A stretch of 30,132 bases of DNA, taken from NCBI GenBank assembly GCA_021736965.1, contig JAIPEV010000001.1, positions 1 to 30,132 on the forward strand. Reading direction: 5' to 3'. Positions 8,628 through 16,624 of this stretch are shown piece after piece (positions within the stretch are counted from its first letter, which is position 1; each line of letters opens with the position of its first letter). Made by a program: the position numbers and the translations under genes. This DNA is from Halanaerobiales bacterium. GTDB lineage: Bacteria > Bacillota > Halanaerobiia > Halanaerobiales > M55B127. The notes beneath the pieces were generated by a model, which was not told where the DNA came from, searched no databases, and worked only from the letters and a program-made list of their open reading frames with translations.

Positions 8628-8876
8628 ATGGAAATTAAAATAAAATTAGAAAAAAAAGAAAACAAAGAAATTAATTTAATAAATCCAAATAAGACAACTT
8701 ATTCTTTGCTTTCTGAAAATGGCGATTTAATCGGCAATATGCACATTCTAAACAATGAAATTGCTTTATATGAAGCTGGAGGCAAACAAACATACTCTAT
8801 TAAGTTACAGGATATTTGGAATAGTTTTTGTGAAGCTTTAGGAAAGGAATATAATAAAATTGAAAAAAATACTTGA
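8628..8876 (+). CDS. hypothetical protein
   Basis: AAAAGG RBS; ends KNT* with the TGA inside the TTGACA of P5. Confidence 0.75.
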   Translation: MEIKIKLEKKENKEINLINPNKTTYSLLSENGDLIGNMHILNNEIALYEAGGKQTYSIKLQDIWNSFCEALGKEYNKIEKNT

Positions 8877-8901
8877 CATTCTCATATATATTTTTTAACT
8901 T
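8873..8901 (+). promoter_or_regulatory. sigma70-type promoter P5 (drives tRNA-Tyr)
   Basis: TTGACA 8873-8878, 17 nt, TAACTT 8896-8901. Confidence 0.85.
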
Positions 8902-8924
8902 GTATTAGATATTTGAGATTAAGA

Positions 8925-9007
8925 ACAAGTGTACTGAAATGGTTAAACAGGGCAGACTGTAAATTTGCTGACGAAAGTCTTTGAAGGTTCGAATCCTTCC
9001 ACTTGCA
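8925..9007 (+). tRNA. tRNA-Tyr (GUA), long variable arm, A1.C72 mismatch, no encoded CCA
   Basis: Acceptor ACAAGTG/CACTTGC plus A73; D arm CTG..GG..CAG; anticodon stem GCAGA/TTTGC with loop CT-GTA-AA; variable arm GAC-GAAA-GTC; T arm GAAGG-TTCGAAT-CCTTC. Confidence 0.92.
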
Positions 9008-9040
9008 CTGAGTGAATTTAATTAACTAAAAGGGGAAATT

Positions 9041-9574
9041 ATGAGTTATGCTGAATTTATCGATTGGCAAACAGAAGATTTTTTTGAAAATTGGGAAAAT
9101 GTAAGTATTAATGTTTTAGTAAAAATTTTTAAAGATAAGGATGATCCTAGAGCTGAGGAAATAGCTGAATATTTTGGTATAGATTTAGAGGATGGGTATG
9201 AGGAACTCGATGAGATTATTAATGATAGCTTTTTTCCAATGATAAACTTTATTTATCCATTAGAAACAAATACTTTACAAAAGGATGCTGTATATAAAAC
9301 TAGTTTAGAAACAAACTGTATTGTTTTATATAATAGAGTATTTGGTAAAAATTATTTATGTTTAGCTGCTGGTGGTATGGATTTTTCTCAAGACATAGGG
9401 CTAGCTTATGCTATTATGGATAAACGTATACCTTTAGAATTAGCTATAGACATTAACACACAGAAAAATTTAACTGTTAGAGGCGAAAATTGGGGCTTGT
9501 TAGAGTATAAGGTTATTCAAGCATTAGAAGCTGGTAAGAATAGAATTAATCAATTATTAAAAGAATGGAGCTAA
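9041..9574 (+). CDS. conserved phage hypothetical protein with acidic N-terminus (PMINFIYPL, LAAGGMDFS motifs)
   Basis: AAAAGGGG RBS. 20 D/E versus 4 K/R in the first 62 aa. Confidence 0.85.
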   Translation: MSYAEFIDWQTEDFFENWENVSINVLVKIFKDKDDPRAEEIAEYFGIDLEDGYEELDEIINDSFFPMINFIYPLETNTLQKDAVYKTSLETNCIVLYNRVFGKNYLCLAAGGMDFSQDIGLAYAIMDKRIPLELAIDINTQKNLTVRGENWGLLEYKVIQALEAGKNRINQLLKEWS

Positions 9575-9576
9575 TT

Positions 9577-10248
9577 ATGGATTATTTTGATTTTAAAAAA
9601 GTAGATGACTATTTAATAAGATTATCAAAAGACGAATTGGTTTCAAATCCAAGAGGATGGGCTACTTTAGGAACTTTGTGTATGTTTCACCCGGATTATA
9701 ATTTTCCTAATGAAGTTGATATTAACCCAAAAGATTTTTCTGGATTAGACGAAATTAAACAATACATTAAAAAAGAATTAAAGGGCGTATTTATTCATCC
9801 GATTTATTTATATGACCACACGGTTCTTTATATCAAGATAGGGGATTTTTCTGGAATGTTGCCCCAAGGACATAAAAGATGGGATTCTATGAAAGTTGGT
9901 TATATTTTTACTACTGTAGAAAGATTAAAAGACTATTGGCCGTATGATGGAAGCGAAAAGGAATTAAAAGGAAGAGCTGGAGAACTTTTTGAAAATGAAA
10001 TTGATGTATATAATAAATATGTCAATGGGGCAGGAATACAGTACTCTATTGAATATTTACCTACTAGTAAAAAGATTGATGTTTGCGGAGGCTTTTTTGA
10101 TAGGGAAAATGCTTATCATTCGGCTAAAGATTTTATTAAAGATCACAAAAAAATGATAAGCCTAAAAAAGAAACAAGCTGTTAAAAACTTTATTAAAAAA
10201 GATGTTTCTTTAGAAGATAGACAAAAACACTTGGAAAGGATTTCTTAA
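9577..10248 (+). CDS. conserved phage/ICE hypothetical protein (NPR.W..LG..CMFH..Y, YLYDH, WDS..VG, CGGF motifs)
   Basis: GGAG at 9567-9570 favours ATG 9577 (track start 9565). Family recognised from motif recall; function unknown. Confidence 0.8.
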   Translation: MDYFDFKKVDDYLIRLSKDELVSNPRGWATLGTLCMFHPDYNFPNEVDINPKDFSGLDEIKQYIKKELKGVFIHPIYLYDHTVLYIKIGDFSGMLPQGHKRWDSMKVGYIFTTVERLKDYWPYDGSEKELKGRAGELFENEIDVYNKYVNGAGIQYSIEYLPTSKKIDVCGGFFDRENAYHSAKDFIKDHKKMISLKKKQAVKNFIKKDVSLEDRQKHLERIS

Positions 10249-10532
10249 TGGATACTCTAATTAAATCTAAATTTGATTATAAAGATAAAGAGCTTGTTTT
10301 TAAAGCTTATGAAAGGTTCGGTTCTAAACTAAAATTAATCAAAGTATATGAAAAGGATACTAAATTTTATGTAACGTATAAAGATATTTCAAAAAGATTA
10401 GATAGTAAAGTAGATATTTTTAATTATGCTGGTTTTTTAAAATCTTATTTAGAAACTACTTTTAATAAGTATAGAAAGCCCGTTGTTGAAATAAATAAAA
10501 TTAATGCAGAAATTCCAACAGTTATTAATTAA
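10248..10532 (+). CDS. hypothetical protein
   Basis: TAATG coupling, GAAAGGA RBS. Confidence 0.75.
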   Translation: MDTLIKSKFDYKDKELVFKAYERFGSKLKLIKVYEKDTKFYVTYKDISKRLDSKVDIFNYAGFLKSYLETTFNKYRKPVVEINKINAEIPTVIN

Positions 10533-10542
10533 AAGGGTAAGT

Positions 10543-10917
10543 ATGGATTATAAAAATGAGTTGATTCAAAAGATAAAAAAAATCAATAAAGATGAAAGTT
10601 TAAATAAAGAACTAAATAAAGAATTAGAAAAACTAAAAACTGGAAAGGATATGGAGGAAACTATATATAGATTTAGTAAATTACTTAATAAATCACCTAA
10701 TGCTTTAGCAGTGGTTCTAATTCAGATAATAAAGTTAACTATATCAAATCAAAATAAAAATGATTTAATAGAAGATTTTTCTGAATTTGATAAGCAGACT
10801 TTAAGTATTATAGTTTTACTTTTTATATATGGAACTTTCCTCTTAAAGGATACTGATTTAGATTCTTTTAAAGTATTACAAAAAAGTATTGATTTTAACA
10901 ATGGAGCTATTAGTTGA
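10543..10917 (+). CDS. hypothetical protein
   Basis: AAAAGGG RBS favours ATG 10543 (track start 10504); its stop overlaps the primase start. Confidence 0.7.
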   Translation: MDYKNELIQKIKKINKDESLNKELNKELEKLKTGKDMEETIYRFSKLLNKSPNALAVVLIQIIKLTISNQNKNDLIEDFSEFDKQTLSIIVLLFIYGTFLLKDTDLDSFKVLQKSIDFNNGAIS

Positions 10918-12503
10918 AACAAGAGACAATCCAAGAAATAAAAGATACGGTTAATATAGTAGATATTATTTCTGAATTTGTAGATTTAAAGCCTTCTGGA
11001 AGGAATTATAAGGGCTATTGCCCTGTACATAATGAAAGTGAGCCTTCCTTTACTGTAAGTCCTGATAAAGGTATTTGTAAATGTTTTGGTTGTGGATTTT
11101 CTGCTGATTCTATTGGCTTTTTAATGGAAATAGAAAATTTAAGCTATATTGATAGTTTAAAATATATTGCTGATTTTTATCAAATAGAATATGAAGAAAA
11201 TGAAGAATATTTTAAGCTATATAAAATTAATCAAAAAGTAGTAAATTATTTTCATGACCATTTATTACAAGCTCCAAAACTAATTAAGTATCTAAAAGAC
11301 AGGGGCTTATCTATTGAAATTATCAAAGAATTTAAATTAGGATATGCCCCTAAAAATGATTATTTATCTGAATTAAATATAGATAAAAAAGAAGCTAATG
11401 ATTTAGGTTTACTTTATGAGGATAGGCCCCGGTTTTATAATCGAATTATGTTTCCTATTTTCAATTCTAAGGGCAAACCAATTGGTTTTAATAGTAGACG
11501 TCTACCAAATAAAGAAAATGGTGCTAAATACCTAAATATATCAAATACTAAAATCTATAATAAAAGTAAATCTTTATATAATTTGTTTAGAGCAAAAAAG
11601 AATATTAAAAGAGAAGATTCTGCTTGCGTTGTTGAGGGCAATATGGACGTTATTAAGCTGTATTCATTAGGCATTAAAACAGTTGTAGGAACAAGCGGAA
11701 CTGCTATAACAAAAAAGCAGGGTAAGATTTTAACTCGATATACAGACACTGTTTTCTTATTATTAGATTCTGATGAAGCTGGTAGAGCAGCAACAATAAA
11801 AGCTGGATTTACTTTTATATCTTTGAATTTACATATTAAAGTTATGGAATTGCCTGAAGGCAAAGACCCCGATGATTTTTTTACTAGTAAAAACCAATTT
11901 ATAAATTATCAAAAAAATAAAAGTATTGATTTTATGAAATACTTTTTTTCAAAGCAAAGAATGAAAAACTTACAAGATAAGCAAGCGGTAATTAAAGAAT
12001 TAAAGCAAAGATTTAAAAATAATAATATTCAGAATGAATTAATTTTAAATGAGATTAGTGAACAATTAGGAATAAGTAAACAATCCTTACAGAATGAATT
12101 AATTGTTAATTCTAGTAAACCTAGTTTAGATGTTAATTATCGATATAAAATAGAGATGACTATTATTAAGTATGCAATTGAAAATTTAAAAAAGAGAAAA
12201 TTTGTATTTAATAAAATGAAACCTAAAATGTTTAGGATAAAAATAGCTAGAAAAATATTAAAAAATCTTCATGAATATAAAGGGGGGGATTTTTATATTT
12301 TTCTGGATGGAAATGTTGATAAAAAGCATATTAAATTTTTAAAAAGGAATACGTCTTGGGAATTTGAACAATGTATAAGAGTATTAAAAGAAGATTTTAC
12401 TAATAGAATGATTGAATTTTTACAAAAAAAATTATTAAAAGAAACAAATTCAGAGGAAAAAAAGAAACTTTTACAAAAAATTGTAAAATTAAAAAAGAAA
12501 TAG
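10914..12503 (+). CDS. dnaG: DNA primase, bacterial DnaG type
   Basis: CHC2 zinc finger (CPVHNESEPSF..CFGCG), RIMFPI, KYLN, TOPRIM motifs VVEGNMDV and LDSDEAG, LPEGKDPD, plus a helical C-terminal domain. Confidence 0.97.
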   Translation: MKQETIQEIKDTVNIVDIISEFVDLKPSGRNYKGYCPVHNESEPSFTVSPDKGICKCFGCGFSADSIGFLMEIENLSYIDSLKYIADFYQIEYEENEEYFKLYKINQKVVNYFHDHLLQAPKLIKYLKDRGLSIEIIKEFKLGYAPKNDYLSELNIDKKEANDLGLLYEDRPRFYNRIMFPIFNSKGKPIGFNSRRLPNKENGAKYLNISNTKIYNKSKSLYNLFRAKKNIKREDSACVVEGNMDVIKLYSLGIKTVVGTSGTAITKKQGKILTRYTDTVFLLLDSDEAGRAATIKAGFTFISLNLHIKVMELPEGKDPDDFFTSKNQFINYQKNKSIDFMKYFFSKQRMKNLQDKQAVIKELKQRFKNNNIQNELILNEISEQLGISKQSLQNELIVNSSKPSLDVNYRYKIEMTIIKYAIENLKKRKFVFNKMKPKMFRIKIARKILKNLHEYKGGDFYIFLDGNVDKKHIKFLKRNTSWEFEQCIRVLKEDFTNRMIEFLQKKLLKETNSEEKKKLLQKIVKLKKK

Positions 12504-12504
12504 C

Positions 12505-12533
12505 TTGACTTTCTCAAATATAATTATTAAATT
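12505..12533 (+). promoter_or_regulatory. promoter P6 (AGCTTGACTTTYTCA class)
   Basis: TTGACT 12505-12510, 17 nt, TAAATT 12528-12533. Confidence 0.8.
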
Positions 12534-12557
12534 GTTTTTTATAAAAAGGAGTAAAAA

Positions 12558-12740
12558 ATGGATTTTAATATTATTGCTAGAGCATTAGTTTTAACGAGTA
12601 TGGGCTTATTTGCATTTTTAAGTGGAATTGATTTTTTATTGTTACTGTTTAAAAGTCCTTATGCTTGTCATTTTTCTACAATTAGCCACAGAATAAGTTT
12701 TATTTTTACTGTAATAATATTAACGTATTTATTAACATAA
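12558..12740 (+). CDS. small membrane protein
   Basis: AAAGGAG RBS; two hydrophobic stretches. Confidence 0.7.
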   Translation: MDFNIIARALVLTSMGLFAFLSGIDFLLLLFKSPYACHFSTISHRISFIFTVIILTYLLT

Positions 12741-12755
12741 AAAGGAGAGTGAATT

Positions 12756-13124
12756 ATGAGTGATTTTACTAAAGAACAAATTATTAAGTTTGACAAATTA
12801 GCATATGAGTATAAGTTAACCCAAAAGCTTAAATCTCAGTTTAAGAAAGACCAGAAGAAGAAAAAGAAAGAAATATTGGAAGCTATGGAACACGATTACG
12901 AAGTCGAAACAGAAAATGTTAAAATTAAACATAGTAGTTATTCAAGAGTTTTTTTTACAGAAAAAAAGATAAAGAAAGCTTTTTCAGATGTTCTCAGCGA
13001 AGATGAAATTGATGCTTTACTTGAACAAGTTGAAGGAACTCTTATTGACAAGTTATCTGTTTCTATTAAGGACACTAAACTAAATAGGAGTATTGCCAAT
13101 CAAGTCGATGAAGCCTCTCTATAA
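12756..13124 (+). CDS. hypothetical protein, coiled-coil N-terminus
   Basis: AAAGGAG RBS, 122 aa. Confidence 0.8.
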   Translation: MSDFTKEQIIKFDKLAYEYKLTQKLKSQFKKDQKKKKKEILEAMEHDYEVETENVKIKHSSYSRVFFTEKKIKKAFSDVLSEDEIDALLEQVEGTLIDKLSVSIKDTKLNRSIANQVDEASL

Positions 13125-13205
13125 TGTTACAAGCTATAGAGACTATAATTTTTATTTTTATTTTGATAAAAGAAGTAGGAAGATTATTTCAGAAAGGAGA
13201 AATTC

Positions 13206-14114
13206 GTGAAAAAGAAGAAGATTATGGTATCCCAAAATTTCTTCCATAAAATAGTTAGTTTAAAATCAGATATTGCTGAGATTATTTCTTTTAAAATTAT
13301 TGATTTATTCTCTCAAACAGGAAAGATGGTTTCTGTTAAAAATCTTGTTGAGAATATGAAAGGTTTATCAAAGATACAGATATATAATACTTTAGAATAT
13401 ATGGAAGGCCAGATTGATTTTGGCCTTCCTGACGATACTATTGATTGTTTGCCTTTACAGGGAGAGATAAAATCAATAATTAAAGAATATAGAAACTTGG
13501 GAACAAATAAGAAAGTTTCTAAAAAGAAAAAAAGTAAAAGAAAAAAAAGAGCTGAAAAGATAAATAAAGAAATACTTAATCCTTGGTATAGCTTTTTAAG
13601 AAAACATGGATATAAAAAAATTATTACTCAAAGCTACAGAAATTTTTGTTTTGGAATGATAAATAAGGCTATAAAAGAATATGATTTTACTTATAAACAA
13701 TTGCTGAAAATACTCAAATTTGGCTTTAGAAACGATTTTTTAAAAGATAAGGGTATTAACACTAATATTAAATCTATTCTATTCAGCGGGGCTAATATAC
13801 CCCAGAAATACCTTAAAAAGAAACAAAGCAAGTATAAAATTAGAACACATAACGGTATGCCTGCTAATTCTAAAAAGTTTGGTTATTTTGAAAGGAAAAA
13901 TAATAAATTTATCTTTAAGCCTCCAAAAAATAAAAAGACTATACATTACCAAGTTAAAAAAGAAACAAAAAATAGATTAGAAGGCAATTCTAAAAGAGAA
14001 ACCTTTGATAATCTTTTTAAAGATGGTAGTTTAAAGAAAAAGTTTCGGTGGCTTTTAGGGGAAACAGGTGAAAATAATGAATTTGTATATGGAGTTAATC
14101 ATGAACAAAATTAA
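13206..14114 (+). CDS. basic protein with putative winged HTH; candidate replication initiator/organizer
   Basis: GTG start behind GAAAGGAG; SVKNLVENMKGLSKIQIYNTLEYME is HTH-like; Lys-rich linker; located between dnaG and dnaB. Confidence 0.55.
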   Translation: MKKKKIMVSQNFFHKIVSLKSDIAEIISFKIIDLFSQTGKMVSVKNLVENMKGLSKIQIYNTLEYMEGQIDFGLPDDTIDCLPLQGEIKSIIKEYRNLGTNKKVSKKKKSKRKKRAEKINKEILNPWYSFLRKHGYKKIITQSYRNFCFGMINKAIKEYDFTYKQLLKILKFGFRNDFLKDKGINTNIKSILFSGANIPQKYLKKKQSKYKIRTHNGMPANSKKFGYFERKNNKFIFKPPKNKKTIHYQVKKETKNRLEGNSKRETFDNLFKDGSLKKKFRWLLGETGENNEFVYGVNHEQN

Positions 14115-14388
14115 ACAATGGTATAAAAAATTCAAGTATACAATAAGGGGTGCTTTTGGTATTTTTTTAATCTTGACTTCTCAGTTTATTTTATCTAGCA
14201 CAACCCAAGAAATAATCCAAGCAATTTCTATTGTTTTATATATCGATGGTTTGCTAATACTTTTTTCATTATCAAATAAGCTAGATAAAATAAAAAAGTC
14301 TAATTCACTTAAAATTAAAGATGTACAAAAAATTAATAATGATACTTTTAATATAATTGTTAAAAAAAAGGAAAAGAAAAATGAATGA
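14101..14388 (+). CDS. membrane protein (2 TM), probable paralog of 3007-3369
   Basis: GGAG RBS favours ATG 14101; KY....FGI.LIL.S.F.L is shared with 3007-3369. Confidence 0.75.
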   Translation: MNKIKQWYKKFKYTIRGAFGIFLILTSQFILSSTTQEIIQAISIVLYIDGLLILFSLSNKLDKIKKSNSLKIKDVQKINNDTFNIIVKKKEKKNE

Positions 14389-14812
14389 TAATATTTTAGA
14401 AGTAACAACACGTTTGCAAGCAGGAAAAGTAGCTGATTCTGGATATTTTTATCCTAAAGATGTTTTAATTGATGCTATGGATAAATTTAAACAGAAAGTT
14501 AAAAGTACTAAAGTATTTGGATATTTTGATGACCAATACTATATATCTCCAAATGAAAGGAATAAAGAGGAAAGGGCTTTTCGTATACTGGATGTAAACA
14601 AAACAAAAGATGATAGGTTTAAGCTTAAGATAAAACCACTTGATAATAAGAATGGTAATAAAGTTAAGGAACTAGTTTATAATAAAGAACATGTCAGCAA
14701 CGTACACTGTATTGGAGATGTAGAAGATTATACAATTAAAAATATTTATACAATTGAAACCGTTGATATTAAAAAAGATGATAGCAAGCCGTTAAAAAAG
14801 AAAGATAATTAA
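14381..14812 (+). CDS. T4 gp21-like prohead protease homolog, apparently inactive
   Basis: LQA...YPKDVLIDA..., then G, K.LD...G..VK.L and IG..VD patterns align by eye with gp21-type proteases; the catalytic His and Ser motifs are replaced. Confidence 0.55.
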   Translation: MNDNILEVTTRLQAGKVADSGYFYPKDVLIDAMDKFKQKVKSTKVFGYFDDQYYISPNERNKEERAFRILDVNKTKDDRFKLKIKPLDNKNGNKVKELVYNKEHVSNVHCIGDVEDYTIKNIYTIETVDIKKDDSKPLKKKDN

Positions 14813-14824
14813 TTCAAAAAAAGC

Positions 14825-14853
14825 TTGACTTTTTCAAAATAATATATTAAGTT
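14825..14853 (+). promoter_or_regulatory. promoter P7
   Basis: AGC-TTGACT-TTTTCA, 17-nt spacer, TAAGTT 14848-14853. Confidence 0.8.
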
Positions 14854-14888
14854 GCTATTGATAATTGAAATTTAAAAGGATAAGAAAT

Positions 14889-15089
14889 ATGCCTTACGAA
14901 TCTATATATGATTGTCCTGTTTGTTCTTATAAAGGAATACCTCATTATGAAGATTGTGGATATGGATATACTACTTATGGATCCGTTACCACTAAACATG
15001 AACAATATATGCCTGTATGCCCTGAATGTAAAAGTGATTTAAATGATGAAGATAAAACAGGCGAAAAAGAATTTCTAGACCCTTCTTAA
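14889..15089 (+). CDS. small zinc-ribbon protein
   Basis: CPVC...CPEC; AAAGGA RBS favours ATG 14889. Confidence 0.75.
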   Translation: MPYESIYDCPVCSYKGIPHYEDCGYGYTTYGSVTTKHEQYMPVCPECKSDLNDEDKTGEKEFLDPS

Positions 15090-15100
15090 AAAGGAAAATT

Positions 15101-15442
15101 ATGGTAAGAATTAAAAAGAAATTTAATGTTAATAAAATTAAAATAGGACAAATTTATAAAGTTGAGACAGAATATAGGGAAAAATTTTTAGGAATAGTGG
15201 CAGAAATTAAACCAGAAATTTCTTATTTTATTTGTCGAGTTAATATAGATACTATTAATAAAAAAGTGGATAATGTTAAATTGTTTGCTTTAGCTTCTCA
15301 GCATATAACTAATTTAGAATATATAGGTAAAATTCCTAATCTTATTAATTCTAGTATTTTAAAAAACAATTTAGAAAATTTAGAAACCTATATGGATTAT
15401 AAAATTTGTTATGAGTTATCAAAAATAATTGAAACTAATTAA
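15101..15442 (+). CDS. hypothetical protein, SH3-like N-terminus
   Basis: AAAGGA RBS; IKIGQIYKV...FLGIV pattern. Confidence 0.75.
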   Translation: MVRIKKKFNVNKIKIGQIYKVETEYREKFLGIVAEIKPEISYFICRVNIDTINKKVDNVKLFALASQHITNLEYIGKIPNLINSSILKNNLENLETYMDYKICYELSKIIETN

Positions 15443-15452
15443 AGGAGAAAGC

Positions 15453-15812
15453 ATGGATTATACTAAGTATTTAATTGATGACATGTCTTCAGAAAAGCGT
15501 CTTAATATGTGGGTAAAGAAAATCAAGAAACATTGGAAATTAAATTGTCAACAATTTCCTTATTTATTGACTGTTTTTGATAAGCTATATCAGCAATCAC
15601 ACGATATTGTTGAAACAGATGAGTATATAGTTTATCAGCTTTTGCATAAATTGTCTTTATCAGAATTAAAGGACTTAACGGACAATTTAGCTTTAATGGA
15701 AACTTTACTAAATGTTAATATCTGTACAGTACACTCTCATTGGGCCAATCCTGTCGATGGAGCTATTATTGAGATAAGACTTAAAAAATTATATGGAGAT
15801 GTAAATGAATAA
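15453..15812 (+). CDS. hypothetical protein
   Basis: AAAGGAG RBS favours ATG 15453. Confidence 0.75.
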   Translation: MDYTKYLIDDMSSEKRLNMWVKKIKKHWKLNCQQFPYLLTVFDKLYQQSHDIVETDEYIVYQLLHKLSLSELKDLTDNLALMETLLNVNICTVHSHWANPVDGAIIEIRLKKLYGDVNE

Positions 15813-15831
15813 AAGTAGAAAGTAAATTATA

Positions 15832-16209
15832 ATGGATAAGAAAAAAGAATTATATCATTATTTAGAAGAATTAGAATCTAGATTGGAAGATGATGCTCAT
15901 GATTGTCAAGGCTGTCTAAAGGATTATAAAGCTTTTAAAAAATGGTTAAAAGATTTAAAGGATAATTATAGACTTATCCCTAAACCAGATAAAGATAAAT
16001 CTCTTGAAGAGTTACCTAATATTGAAGAAGTATTAAGAGTATATACTCTAGTAAAGAACTATAAATATTCTACTAATAATAAAGCTTTAGATGAAATGTA
16101 TGGAATAGTAACAAATAGGCATTATTCAATAGAATTTACAAAAGAAGAAAGATTAATAGCATTAGAATGTATGCGAGAAATAATTAATCGGGAGAATAAA
16201 AATGAATAA
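15832..16209 (+). CDS. hypothetical protein
   Basis: 125-aa ORF tiling in the operon. Confidence 0.7.
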   Translation: MDKKKELYHYLEELESRLEDDAHDCQGCLKDYKAFKKWLKDLKDNYRLIPKPDKDKSLEELPNIEEVLRVYTLVKNYKYSTNNKALDEMYGIVTNRHYSIEFTKEERLIALECMREIINRENKNE

Positions 16210-16558
16210 AGATTATGAATTAGCTCAAATTAAAGCACAAAAAAGAGACAACAGATTTTTAATTACAGATTTAATTAATTTTATGGATTATAACGATATA
16301 AAAAATAAGTATAATAAGTTTGTTGCTGATGACTATTTTAATAAGTACCCGCATATGCTGAAAGAATCTCAAGGAATTAAAATAGTAGATTTTAAAGACG
16401 AACTGGAAAGAATTTCTGTATCTTATTTCTATAGAGACCATTATTATTCTCTAGAACAATACAGAAAAACAATTAAAAAAGTAAAAGAATGTGGAAAAAA
16501 TTTAATTGATTCCATTCAAAAGTGTAGACACGTTAAAGAGTTTACAGTTACCATTTAA
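16202..16558 (+). CDS. hypothetical protein
   Basis: GGAG RBS, coupled to the previous gene. Confidence 0.75.
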   Translation: MNKDYELAQIKAQKRDNRFLITDLINFMDYNDIKNKYNKFVADDYFNKYPHMLKESQGIKIVDFKDELERISVSYFYRDHYYSLEQYRKTIKKVKECGKNLIDSIQKCRHVKEFTVTI

Positions 16559-16571
16559 TTTGAGAAAAAGC

Positions 16572-16600
16572 TTGACTTTTTCATTTATATTTTGTATATT
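16572..16600 (+). promoter_or_regulatory. promoter P8
   Basis: AGC-TTGACT-TTTTCATTTA, 17-nt spacer, TATATT 16595-16600. Confidence 0.8.
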
Positions 16601-16624
16601 TAGTCTACATTTTAAAATAAAGAG

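Noticed and set aside
13135-13165. TATAG-AGA-CTATA stem followed by T-rich sequence, a possible terminator
   Set aside because: A five-bp AU-rich stem is too weak to call.
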